Of a DNA stretch of 57,255 nucleotides, positions 36,890-49,040 are shown in pieces. The notes beneath the pieces are model-generated. The model was given only the letters and a program-made list of their open reading frames with translations, was not told the DNA's origin and made no database searches. Both the position numbers and the translations under genes were made by a program. Within the stretch, counting starts at the first letter, position 1; each line of letters begins with the position of its first letter. Source of the DNA: Nemertoderma westbladi (lineage: Eukaryota > Animalia > Xenacoelomorpha); assembly GCA_032718475.1 (NCBI GenBank), contig JAUCBJ010003491.1:1-57255 (forward strand), given 5' to 3'.

Positions 36890-37552
36890 AACAGGCCGTA
36901 ACAGATTTATTTTTGATGATTCAAAAATATATTTTAGTGATAATTAAATTGAGTGGAGGAAATATATATTTGATAAACGAAAAAAAATGACTGGAAAACA
37001 GGAATTGTTTTAGTGACCAATATAATTAATGGCTTTAATGTAGGCTACCAATACTAATGAAACAGTAAACATAGAGACATGCTTAAGTAGAAACTGAAAG
37101 CTTTTTGATAAACATAAGTTAAAGTACCGGCACTGCTACAAATAGGCTAGAACTAAGTTTAGTACCGTAACAGTTTATGAATACTGATATTTTTTAAGGG
37201 CTAGTTGAATCTAAGTTAAGTCAATGCTATTACTAAAATCAGTTGTTTTTAGTAACAGATAGCTCTTAGTTACTAAACATAGTTGCAGCTCTTACTAAAA
37301 GCTGCCACTAAGTAGCTGTAACTAATACTAACTCTATGAATACCGCCCCGAGTCTTGGAGTCTTGCTACTCTACTGTGCTACTACCTACTATACCAGTAA
37401 TCGGCATATATGATATACTATTTCAGTATTTTTTACAGTATTACCGGTAGGCCTACCTGATTAAGGTAAGATACTGCTTGGATAACTGGATAAGGCACGT
37501 CAGCACGTGTATTGTAACATACCGTATTAATTATATCCTCCCTCGCTCAGCT

Positions 37553-39556
37553 ATGGATAAAGATAAGTCTGTAATTACTGCCACTAATACCGCCGTCACC
37601 AACCCCGGTACCGCGGTTGTTACAAGGGGTAAATCATCAAGTAAGTCGACCCCGTCCACATCTACAACTACAGCCACTGGCTCAGAGGCTCATAACGTCC
37701 TTTTGGTTAAACTACAACAGCTGTTAGACGCGGGAATGCCACAGGCTACAGAAGCTATAAAGAACACCTCTCCGGATTCGCTGCAGGCTATTTGTTTGGA
37801 TCTTATTCCCCTTGTCTGCTTCCAGGCCTGTAAACTAAAGTCGTCGGAGGCCAATCTATGTTGCAGCTTCATTCTAAACCGTTTGGTTAGCGTTTGTTCC
37901 GATAAGGAGATGGTTATAGGTCTCAGCGAGCAGCTGGAGGTATGCACTTACGGCGAGGTCTTCACTCTGATTCTGTACCCGCTGCAGGACTGCCTCTTCG
38001 GTTTGCCCTTGATGGGGCAGCTAAAAGCCTTGGTCTCTCTACTGCGACCGATGCAGCTGTTTATAGCTGCTGAGCCGACCATCTACTACAACCATCAGCT
38101 GAAGGAGCAGCGAACTCGAACCGAAGGTGTCGCTAACGTTATTTACGCGATTCTATATTTCCTCGATCCGTTTGTAAGCCGCGCGCTCAGTAAACCTGCA
38201 ACCGCGAATAAAAACGAAACCAAAAATATATCTGAGTCGACGCAGACGATGATAGTAACCGCCTCGCTGGCCGTCAAGGAGTTCCTGCTGAAGCTCGTCG
38301 TGGAACCGGTGTCGAAACTCGACCTCCGTATCGACCAATCGGAGGATCTCCTCGCGACGGAAATTAAACCCGCGTTCCCAAACCCCGCGAGCGCGGCTCG
38401 CGCGACGCCTCGGAAGTTTGCGAGTAAACCGCCGCGTCCGACCCCTCCCGCAATGCGCGCCGCGCCTAACCGCGCCGCGCCGTCCCCCAGCGGCTCCCAG
38501 ATGGCGCGCTGCATCCGCGCGATCCTCATGGACTTCTCGTGGCTCGAGTTCTCCTTCTACCGCGCGATCCTCTCGGCGCCGCTGCGACGGCCGCGCAGCT
38601 CCGGCTGTCGGGGCGCCGGGATACTCGCCTACATCCTCCTCGCGTTGGACTTCAACCACGAATCCTCGACGCGCACCTACTTCCCGTGCGTTTACCGAGC
38701 GGAGTTCCTCCTGCACGAACTCCTCCCGCTGGCGTTGCGACTGATTCGCAGTAAAACGGTCCACTGCAAATACAAGGGAGTCGCGTTGATCGAGGCGCTG
38801 CTGGAGCGCATCCCGAGCGGGGGGCTTGAATCGGAGCGGTTCGAGGTGGAGTCTTACCGGCGGTTCCTGGAGGCGGTCTACTCCACGGCCACCGAGAGTC
38901 CGTCCGGGGTCCTACGGAAGCGATGCGTCGGCTGCGTAGCGACCCTGATAGACCGGTTCCAGTCCAAAGGAAGGTTCACTGTCTTCGTATATCTGCTAGC
39001 CAACGTGACGCATCCCGGTCTGTACGGGTTGATTATAGACTGGCTGCGCGACCAGGTCGTCCAGGCCCTGGCGGCCGCCGACCAATCCGGTGCCGATCCA
39101 AACTTTACCGGGTCACAACTTCGCTATCTCCTAATGAACTACGTACTGAAGGTTCCCGCCGGCAGTAAGTGCAACCTTCTCGAGTACACTGACCGCGTTA
39201 TGGCCGCGCTCAACCTCCTGCGCTACATCCTCATAGTAAACAACGAGGAACACCTTGGCATCCGAACTCTCTTCGTCGCTCTATCCGACCACTTCCTAAG
39301 GGACATAGAGAAGGCCTTGTCCTCCACTAAAACTCAATATCTACTGAAGGTTAAAGACGTTTCCGAGACAGTGAGTTCCTCTAGGGATACGGATCAGGAG
39401 CTCGTTGTGCTCGACCAGGGTCTCGCTCATCTAGAGCTCATCGGCAGTGTCCTCGATATCGTCTATAAACTAGCGGCTTACTCTGTCGTCGAAGAGAAAC
39501 ATAAACACAACTTACCTTTACTATCTAGAACTATTAACTTCACTCCTGATAAATAA
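37553..39556 (+). CDS. GLMN: Glomulin (GLMN/ALF4/Ybp1 family) homologue, single coding exon, ~667 aa
   Basis: NLLEYTDRVMAALNLLRYILI matches the conserved glomulin DLL..SDRIMA.LNLLRYL motif; also CSDKEMVIGLSEQLE and GLIIDWLRDQV. First ATG at 37553, preceded by a plausible 5'-UTR intron 37466-37550 (AG|GTAAGA ... CTCGCTCAG). Confidence 0.85.
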   Translation: MDKDKSVITATNTAVTNPGTAVVTRGKSSSKSTPSTSTTTATGSEAHNVLLVKLQQLLDAGMPQATEAIKNTSPDSLQAICLDLIPLVCFQACKLKSSEANLCCSFILNRLVSVCSDKEMVIGLSEQLEVCTYGEVFTLILYPLQDCLFGLPLMGQLKALVSLLRPMQLFIAAEPTIYYNHQLKEQRTRTEGVANVIYAILYFLDPFVSRALSKPATANKNETKNISESTQTMIVTASLAVKEFLLKLVVEPVSKLDLRIDQSEDLLATEIKPAFPNPASAARATPRKFASKPPRPTPPAMRAAPNRAAPSPSGSQMARCIRAILMDFSWLEFSFYRAILSAPLRRPRSSGCRGAGILAYILLALDFNHESSTRTYFPCVYRAEFLLHELLPLALRLIRSKTVHCKYKGVALIEALLERIPSGGLESERFEVESYRRFLEAVYSTATESPSGVLRKRCVGCVATLIDRFQSKGRFTVFVYLLANVTHPGLYGLIIDWLRDQVVQALAAADQSGADPNFTGSQLRYLLMNYVLKVPAGSKCNLLEYTDRVMAALNLLRYILIVNNEEHLGIRTLFVALSDHFLRDIEKALSSTKTQYLLKVKDVSETVSSSRDTDQELVVLDQGLAHLELIGSVLDIVYKLAAYSVVEEKHKHNLPLLSRTINFTPDK

Positions 39557-40912
39557 AACTGTTGATTATATTATAAAGTATTAAAGTCAACAACAACTAG
39601 CCAATAATACCACCTGGTTTCCTCAACTTAATCAATAATTATCTTATTGTTTCGATTTTTTTTGCACACATTATATTTCTTTTGGCAATCTGGCGGATGC
39701 TACTTAGCCCCGAAACAAACATTAGTTAGAAGAAACAAACAAAATATAATTTACACCCAATTCATATTAATATTCTTGAGCTCAATTATTAACATTAATT
39801 AATTAATTTAATTAGCCCCAAAATAGCCATTATTCCTGCGCTGATAGAATATTTTTTAAAACTCTAGAAATACCTGACGGATACCTGTTCTTCAAACATA
39901 TATAAACCAACTTTACATATTCACTACAAAAATAATAAAATGAAGCTGGAATGCAGGCCTACATTTAATTGTATTAAAAAGTCGCCTATGTCTTTGTAAA
40001 TAATTAATTTGGGGTTGTTAAATTGGTTTGTATGTCCATTACACCTTGGAATTCACCGGCCTACATTTTTGAACACCCACTTATTCTGTCACTGGAACCG
40101 ACATTTTGTACCGATTAATATTCCACGATACAAACTCGAATATAATTCGCCTCTCCCTCTATAACTATTCAACAGTTGAGCGCTCGAACTCAGAACTGCA
40201 AATACCTACATTGTTTTCTGCTTAGCTAAAAAATATAGAAATATTAACGACAATTCGCTGTACGACAATTCATATTTGATTTAGAAGCGATATGAACTGA
40301 TATGGCGATGGATACAAGTTGATAATTATTTAAAAAATATTATTTGTGGGGAAGAATGTATGAGTTTATTTTGGTTCAATTTTTCGCTATAAATTATCCT
40401 CAAATTATTATTATTCCCTATGACATCTGTATTGCATATATATTATAAAATTTTGTACCAATTGTTTATCTCCGTGGGAGTTTATTTCCGCCCAATATGT
40501 GTACTTTTTAATTCCGCGCTAATTCCGTCCCTCCCGTGCGAGTCTAAGCCCGGCCATTCAATTTGCGTTTATTTTAGAATAAACTTTATGTATTGACAAA
40601 CATTGCAATCAATTATTGTAAATAGTTATCAGGAAATATAAAGATTATGAAACTTGGTAAGTTTAACAGGCTGTTTATAATGTATAACTTTATACGGCGG
40701 GAAGGAATGCTTTATACGGCGGGTGGAAATACGACATTCAGTTGGTTATAAGACTTGAAGCAAATAGGTATTTCATTAAATTGAAAAGAACACACACGAC
40801 ACACCAGAGACTTTTCAATATTCAACTAACTCATGATGATTTCCCTCTTGTGATTGTTATGTTTTCATTCTTTAGTTTTCATTAATTTATATTTTATCTA
40901 TCTTATTTTCAG

Positions 40913-41068
40913 ATGAAGCGTCGTTTCTCCTCACCGCCGGCTTTCTTTCTTCAGAATTACCCGCAGGCTTACCAGAACGCCGTTATGGACTCGGACAATC
41001 CGGACGACCCCTCTGCCAAATATATTCCGGAAGTAATAGAAAGCAACGTTCCCAAAACCAGCCTTTAA
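40913..41068 (+). CDS. Candidate short exon or small ORF (51 aa), function unknown
   Basis: Strong polypyrimidine acceptor ending TTTTCAG at 40912; GC-rich island reading MKRRFSSPPAFFLQNYPQAYQNAVMDSDNPDDPSAKYIPEVIESNVPKTSL*; AATAAA at ~41155. A second frame is also open. Confidence 0.35.
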   Translation: MKRRFSSPPAFFLQNYPQAYQNAVMDSDNPDDPSAKYIPEVIESNVPKTSL

Positions 41069-42214
41069 ATTGTGATTGTGACTTGCATGTTATATTTACT
41101 CAAATTAATAATATGTTGAAGGTACCGGTACGGTACACCAATGTAGTGTCAAATAATAAATAACCTATAATTTTTATTTCACACAACTGCCTTTTCGATC
41201 GATTTATAACAATTTAGGAGTAAATATTGTACTTATCCAAGAAAATGGTGATCAAAGGCAATTTATTTTTCTAAAAATTGCGGATTTTAAACTTAAAATA
41301 AATCAGCTCAATTCCCTAAACTTGACGGACGCTCCCGTATTGTGTGCTTATACTCTGCGGTACACCTGCACAAGCATCATCAGTCAGCAATTATAATTCG
41401 TTGTAATTATCGTATTTATGTCTACTGGTAATATCACCGCATATCCATGGCGACCGTGGTGGTTGACAGTGAGCAAGGAAAGTGAAAAGGCAATCTTATG
41501 GGATAAAATTACGTATTAAAGAAAAACAAATTTATGTTACCTTTATGGTCCATTTGATTATAATTAACCTCGGTCGCGAGGCAAATTATACTGTACAGGG
41601 TCGTCGGGGTAAAAGTCTTCTTTTTCAATGTAATATTATATAGGCCTTGTTAGTAAAAATGTTTTCTAGTGTTTAATTCCTATTTAGCAGTGTGTTAGGC
41701 CGTGTTGAAGAGAATATTAGGGGCTCCGTTAGACAAAGTCCTCGATTTGAGGAATGTGAACTGTTTGTTTTTATTTCATATTCACCAACAACCTTTACAC
41801 TAAATAATGTATTACTCATTTCTTAGTAGTTATTCACAATGTTTTCAAACGATTTATTCCCAACTCAGTATTTTATAGAGAATAGAGATATAGTTGAGAT
41901 AGGTAGATACTATTCCCCTATAGGAATTTATGTAATATATATTCTACATAATAAACGGTTATTATTGGTCGATAGTAATGCAAAGTATTGTGGAATACTG
42001 ATATTAATAGATATATTTACTATTCTATTAAGTCTTTGTAATAATTTTTGTTTTCTATATTTTTAACTGCATATAAATTTGATGTATGTGATAGACCTAA
42101 TCGTTGTTTGTTCATGAATAAATAAATGGCATTAAATATTCGAACACCTTTTATATTTATCTAGAATATGGTCTCCCCTTACACTTAGATAGGGAAGGTT
42201 ATTATTGTAATATG

Positions 42215-42510
42215 TTGCAGTGTTCGAGCAGTACTTTATTTGTAAGCACAGGTTCAAATCCAACTGAAGGCAGAATCAATTTTGCAGTGTTGTGTCCCTA
42301 ATCATGACACTTTTAGACATTAATGCTTATCCTTATCCAGCGGTACAATGGGAACTTGGCTTCTGCTGGGGTAGTAAATTAAACTTTGGTTAGTTATGGG
42401 GTGTTCACCCTTGGGAGTTAGTGTGGTTACTTTGTGGTGCCCTCACTCCCCACCTTAGGTAACAGCCAAGAGGGAGGAGACTTACCTCTGGTGTTTCCTG
42501 TTACACACGT
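42215..42510 (+). mobile_element. tRNA-derived SINE with a CORE/Meta-like central domain
   Basis: B box GGTTCAAATCC (~42251), then GTGTTGTGTCCCTAATCATGACACTTT and ATCCAGCGGTACAATGGGAAC. Confidence 0.55.
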
Positions 42511-44306
42511 TCGCCAATCATTTTACTTACAATTGTAATGTGGCATATTTAAGCTCAATTAAATGCGATTTGTGAATGGGAGGTCGATTCTTATATTTAT
42601 TTCTATATTCTATCTGGATTTTTGTTAGAGTTGAATGCCCTTTATCTAAAATATCCATTATTGTTAATAGTTTTTATAAAATTGCATATACAGTACAGTA
42701 GGTACAAAGTAGGTCTAACTAATACTGTAGACCTCGCTACTTGACCGATACCATGACAATACCCATACAATACTAATTCTTTCGAATTCGAACATTAAAT
42801 AGCTTCGCTGCCAAATACGTCATCCTGTATATAACTATAAACGATTATATGTTGGGTTTTAACTAAATTTCAGCGGAAGGTAAATTTGGTTGGATCTAAA
42901 TGCTGAATCTATTAGTTAAAGTTCTCATGTTGATGACGCAGAGAACTGTGTGTAAATCTATATTATATATATATAGGGAAACACTTGTTAAGTGTTCAAA
43001 CTATTTCAGAGAGAATAGGTGAGCCTATTTATACTGTAGGCCTAAATCTTACCGACAGTAACAGTAGGCCTACATCTGCTTACTTCCCAATTTTAACAAA
43101 AAATTTACTTGACTGTTTATTGTTTACACAGATAGGGACGCAAACAAAATTCATTCATCTCCAGGGTTAAATCGACGCAAATAACATCTGACTACTCTTA
43201 AAAATAAAAATGTTACTTCTTCTATAGAATTTCGTTTATTGTTTTGTTTAGAAGAACGTGCCACTGTAACCTGCTCCTTTCCCATAATTGATATTTTAAC
43301 ATTGAGGCTAAATATTAATTCACCGAGTTGACCCCCCTTGTCTCGCTGTCTCTGTTTGCTATACCAAGTCGGATATGTGGTTCTTATGTTAATCTAAAAA
43401 CAACACAACGTGGGAGGATCCTTTTGAGGATTCTCCCACACCGGGTGTAATTAGTATATAGAAAGTGGAGCTTACTCAGAGCGTTTTATAACTTCCTAGG
43501 AATTATAATCTCTGAAATTTGGCACGTTTGTAGTTTTTGTTATTCTAAGAATTTAGCACGGTTTTGTTTTTTCAATTTACTTGCTCAACATTTCCAAATT
43601 GGCGACCAAATGTTGATTTGTGCCCCAATTTGGAAACTTCTAGCACTACAGTAAATGGTTAAATTCGGAGTGAAGGCGACTGAAATCTTCAAATGTTTCC
43701 GGGAGACATTGTGCGCGGATAAATTTGCAAGTTTCATTAGCAAATTTCGTTTAGCCAAATTTGTCCATTTTGGAAACATTTTAATTTTACCCAAAAATTA
43801 TCCCAATGGTAAGTTTTTTTGTGTTGTTTTGTCGCTATCTCCAAAGTAGTTTGGCCATTTGGATTGAAACTGATACAAATAGTGTGGTGTTCAAGGCCGT
43901 GGTGGGTTTGCTTAAGGGCAATGTCGAAATTGTTAATTGCCGGGCAAAATCATGAAAATGTTACTATACAGTATATGTTAAAAAAATATGTAGAGTAATC
44001 TGAACCTGTGTACCAAAGGAATTGACTACCAGTACTTCCCTAGCAACATAGTGATTTTTTCATAGCAACCGGAAAAAATAGGTTTTCTCTGTTACTAAAA
44101 CTCGCCATAAAGAAAAATTCGAGTTATATAAGTTGAATGTGGTCTATATCACGTAATCGGTATATAATAATACTAATGATATATTTCAGCCAACAGGCCT
44201 TTATCAAGCAGTAATCAACTATGCGTCTAACCGGTAAGGATACTAGAAACTATTATACTACTGACAACTACTGCACCAATGACAAAAATACTGCTACCGG
44301 TAGGTA

Positions 44307-44767
44307 CGTGATCCTCAACAAAACACAAAACGACCAGAAGAGATCACTTTTGGAAGATCTTTATCGATTGGGACACAATGTATTCGTTGTCGATGCCACA
44401 CAAAGTGGTGATATTTTCGTAACACGATTATGCAGTTTGAGGATATATAAAGATGGGGAGAGATTGAAAAGATATAAAGTTACAAGAATCTTCTGTTATG
44501 ACGATTATATACGAAGCTGGCATATCACCGGATGTCGATCCGAGTGTTTATCTCAATTTCAACTCGATTCCTTGCGGATCCGGTGATTTGAACAAATTAC
44601 AAACGTTTTCCATCATATTTCTTCAAATCATTCCCCAGGCAGCTTTTCAGGTGTTTCGAAGTATGAAGGCCGTTGAAGAGGAATTCGCTCTGTTGGAATC
44701 CCATTCTGATACGTATGAGTCTGAGGTTTCCGACCTGATGGCCGGCATGAGCATGATTTATTTGTAA
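44307..44767 (+). pseudogene. IRF paralogue fragment: IAD/C-terminus only, one frameshift near 44533
   Basis: Collinear with 48565-49040: VILNKTQ, LEDLYRLGHN, GDIFVxRLCSLRIYK, DPSVYLNF, IFLQIIPQAA, SHSDT. No DNA-binding-domain exon recognised upstream. Confidence 0.85.
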
Positions 44768-45230
44768 ATTTATTTAGAAGTGTAATAAAATGGATTGGTG
44801 GTAGCTCCAAAACACAGTAAGCTTCATCGGCGCCGCCCCACGTTTATTCTATTGTCTACCCCTACGTTAGCATCCAGAGAAAGCCGCCCTAGGGTTTAAA
44901 CAATTTAAACCAACTGAGTTATTTTAGAACTAGCTGTTTGTTGTTGAAGGGTCAATCTTTCAATAGGGTCACTTGTATGTAATTTTCTTTATTTCAATTC
45001 TTGTAGGCATATGTGTGGTGCATTACATCTACATTGTATATAACAACCGCTATAGGTATTTTAAAAAAATTCACGAGATAATAAAGTCAAATATAATTGG
45101 ATTGTAAATCTACCAAATTTTTTAATGTTGTACCTTATTTTATTTTATATTTTACTTGTTACTTTTTTTTTATTTAAATATTTTAGTTGATTGCGGAAGC
45201 AGAATTCTACTAAACAAATTAACGAGTACA

Positions 45231-45397
45231 GTGCAATATGAGTGCAATATGAGTGCAATATGAGTGCAATATGAGTGCAATATGAGTGCAATATGAGTGC
45301 AATATGAGTGCAATATGAGTGCAATATGAGTGCAATATGAGTGCAATATGAGTGCAATATGAGTGCAATATGAGTGCAATATGAGTGCAATATGAGT
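45231..45397. repeat. 11-bp minisatellite (GTGCAATATGA)n, ~15 copies
   Basis: Directly visible. Confidence 0.95.
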
Positions 45398-45499
45398 AAT
45401 GTTGGAATGTTCGTCAAAGTTTATACAGTATGAATAACGTTGTGTGAAGGAGAGGGGCGGGGGGGGGGGGGGGGGGCATTGCTTGTACACATTTGAAGG

Positions 45500-46030
45500 G
45501 GAATCTTTTAGAGGAAATCCAGCAAAGTACCTTACTGATCTAGACTTTGCTGATGACTTAGGGGTACTTCATAATCACTAGAGGGAGCACCAAGGCTCCT
45601 CTCCTCATTGGAGCAGGTTGATTCTAGTGTTGACTTATTGTAAATGCCAAGGAGACCAACAATATGACAGTGAACCTTGACAGCCTCCAAGAAATGTCTC
45701 ATCGTTAAGACATAAGTTCCAGTGAAGCTTCAGCACTTTTGCTACTGACCTTTGCTGACTTTTGCTACTTGGGATCATGGATCCGGAAGTCAGGTGAAGA
45801 CCTTCGGATACGTAAGGGGAAGGCATGGGCAGCGTTAAATAGTCTGTCCATTATTTGGGAGTCCCATAGAATAAAACTGAACCTTAAGGTTCTATTATTT
45901 AAGGCAGTAGTAGTAGTTATATGGTAGTCCATGCTGGGCTCTAAATGCAGAGGATACCAAATCTCTGGATGGAACTTTCACAAGAAAGCTGCGCCGGGTT
46001 CATTGAGTCAAGTACAATGCACAGTGGGGC
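45500..46030 (+). mobile_element. Decayed RTE-clade LINE RT fragment
   Basis: LTDLDFADDL, then DFCYLGSWIRKSGEDLRIRKGKAWAALN; same family as 52294-53100. Confidence 0.85.
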
Positions 46031-47355
46031 CCAGTATTCGCAACTACACAGTAGGCCTAATTATAAATACCCTATGTATGGCAGTGGGAATGTTTTTTCC
46101 AAAGTTAAGTTCTATTTTTGTTACAACCGCAACAATAATTCAATTGTTGTGAAATAAAGGCTCATTTAGCATTAGTTTATAATTTAATAGTTTCGTCTTT
46201 ATACATATATTTATTGTCGCAATTCCATATAAGGTAATACTATACCAAAACGATAGTAATTAACTGTGATGCCAAATATTTAACAGTGTAGCCTACTGAA
46301 GTGAAACTGAGGGGAATTTTGTCATTTCTCAATGGGGAATTTATAACTAAGTGTTCCACTGGTACCTTACGCGTGAGAAAATATATTATTTATAATAATA
46401 ATAATTAATATATTATATCGAAGATCAACATGGTGCCAATTTTAGAAAAATTATATAAAGAAACACCTGCAGTAATGGGAGATTATATTACGCACGAAAT
46501 GATAATTTATAAAAGTTTGAAAAATAATATAAATCTATATAATATTCTATTTATTAGATTTATAACCTTACATATATAGTATGTATAGTATGTAGTAACA
46601 ACATAATGTAACAACATTACAGTTCTTACATAGATTTTCCTAACTGAAGTATGTAGTGTACGCCTTGAAATACGCCCAGAAAGGCGCTGTATAAATATAT
46701 ATTATTATTATTATGTAATGAGCATAAGAAGCAACAATGGGCTTGCTTACTGTACTTTTACATGACAGACATTGATATTTGTTTTCCAAAATGGCAAAGT
46801 GGTTGAAAATTATTTCACGCGGCCAGCGATAGCGAGTTGTTAAAGATAAAGATCACGTTATATCTTCATTATTTTATTACTTTATTGCAGCAATTACAAC
46901 TAGGGATTATTTTCACTTTAAAATAATGGCGACAAAGTTGACAGTAAAATTTTACAAGTATTTTTTGGAATATTTCGAATATAACAGCAAACATTCTCTA
47001 CTTCGGTATCCTTATCAATTCATATTATTTATTACATTGGAGAAAATCCAAAACAAATATTAGTCTTTTTCTGACAGCAAAAGTTTCACTTGCAGTTTTT
47101 CATCATCAGTCGTTTCGTAATGCGGCGGCTACATGCATAGGCCTATTAGTTGCAAAGTACTTTACAGTATTCTTCGTCACTGGGGCTGATTCTTCTTTAT
47201 TTATAGAGATGGCGACCACACCGATTCTCAAGCTATTCGAGGACTAACTGTGAACTTGTGTAGTATTATACTGTACCGATATAACAAACTATTTTTTTGC
47301 ATCGTTTAAATTCCAATCCGCCTATGGAGTTCTTGTACCTCTCATTCTAAATGAA

Positions 47356-47620
47356 ATGTCGTCAAGTGTGAGTAACCCTGACGCAAAACGATTGTTACCA
47401 TGGTTAATAGACCATATGGACAAGGAAACATACGGTTCTGTTCTGGAATGGGACCATCCGAGCTTCGCCAATAGACCCATGGAGAACCTTGTGGGCTGCA
47501 CCTTCCATATCAACTGGGACAAACGAGTTAAATGGAGGGGCACAAATATATTTAGTCTTGGTAAAGACTGGTGTCGCTATAAAGGTCTATCAATGAAGAT
47601 ACATAATCTATCTGAAAAGC
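47356..47620 (+). CDS. IRF: IRF-family transcription factor, exon 1 (N-terminal part of the tryptophan-repeat DNA-binding domain)
   Basis: RLLPWLIDHMDKETYGSVLEW...FHINW...KDWCRYKG matches the IRF W-repeat spacing. Donor GTTAGT at 47621. Confidence 0.85.
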
Positions 47621-47730
47621 GTTAGTATTAAATATTTATTAAACATACTATTTTCTATATCAAATATAATATATATACATAGTTACAACCACAAGCTCCC
47701 TTTAATAATTCAATCTGAATTCCATTTTAG

Positions 47731-49040
47731 CTGTTCCAAAGAAAAATTACCAGTGTAAAGACCAGTTACGGAATGCCATGCGAAAAGGAGCCGGAATTAG
47801 AGAAATAGGCCTTAGATTTGGGAATGAAGCAAAAACGACGCGACATTACGAAGTAACTCAAAAACGGCCGTCCTTGACAACAACCTTAGTTCCTTCGGTA
47901 TCCACAAATTGTGATGGCGTCGAAGATGATCTCCCAGTTATAGACGATTGGGTTGGAGAATATTGGAAGGATATATTTGGAGACAATCAAGATCAGATAC
48001 CGTTGGGCGATATTTCGGAAAAAACAAACTCATTTTCAGCTTCCGGGTCTAATTCTGAACAAAGTGATGCCCAGTCGGGCATTCAACCTGCGTTTTGCCA
48101 AATTCCAGCACAGAATCTCGTTAAACTATGTAGTCAACTTCAGGCACCAACTGTTATTCAACCCGATGCACCTTGTACCATGTACCACGATGTACCATGT
48201 GTTAGTCAAATTGTGACACAAGCTGTTACCCAGATTGATACAAATACAATAGATCCTCAACTGAAACCACAAACATTAGATATTCCCGAGCCAAAATCCA
48301 TAAATGGTTTTAACCAAGTAAACCAAACCAGCAATGAAATCTTCCCTAATTATTACTATTCTGACAATAGTACGTTTAAAATGAGATTTTGGAGCCACCA
48401 TACACAAATTGAAAGCTACAAATGCGGCGTTTCGGGAACTACTCTAGACGCTAACACCAACAACCTCAATGGACGAACGTGGATTTACTCTATTTGGCCA
48501 CGCGTAACATCGGAATTCGCTAGTCGTGGTGGAATAAACTGGAGGGTAGAGTTTCCCCCTGTCAACGTGATCCTCAACAAAACACAAACGCCCACAACAG
48601 ACGAATATAATATGATGAAAATCAAATCGTATTTAGAAGATCTTTATCGATTGGGACACAATGGATTCGTTATCGATGCCACACAAGGTGGTGATATATT
48701 CGTAAAACGTTTATGCAGTTTGAGGATATACAAAGAGGGAGCGAAGCTGAATAGATTTGAAGCAACAAAAATATTCAGCCACGAGGATTATATAAATAAT
48801 GGAAATAGAACCGGCAAGATCTCAGATCCATCGGTTTATCTTAACTTCGGACACCAGTACGAGGATCTGGAAAATCTACAGACTTACTCAGCCATATTTC
48901 TCCAGATTATTCCGCAGGCGGCGTTGCAGGTCTTCCAAACCTGGAAAGCGGAAGAGGCAGAATTTGCGCTGTGGGATAGCCATTCCGATACAACGTTACT
49001 CTCCGATCTGATAGCTGGGATGCACATGTCTTCCTTATAA
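47731..49040 (+). CDS. IRF: IRF-family transcription factor, exon 2 (rest of DBD, linker, IAD/SMAD-FHA-like domain); spliced product 524 aa
   Basis: Acceptor CATTTTAG at 47730 is phase-compatible (110-bp intron). CKDQLRNAMRK corresponds to WKxxLRCALN. IAD motifs VEFPP, GDIFVKRLCSLRIY, KLNR...KIF and VYLNFG. Confidence 0.85.

Larger units (their letters stand above)
34610..37349. mobile_element. Non-autonomous TIR element, PIF/Harbinger-like termini
   Basis: 15-bp TIR GGGGCGGTATTCATA / TATGAATACCGCCCC; subterminal GTATTCATA-like repeats; no transposase; TSD not clean. Confidence 0.7.

Noticed and set aside
38143-39168. Antisense and alternative-frame ORFs in GLMN
   Set aside because: Expected from high GC content reducing stop frequency.
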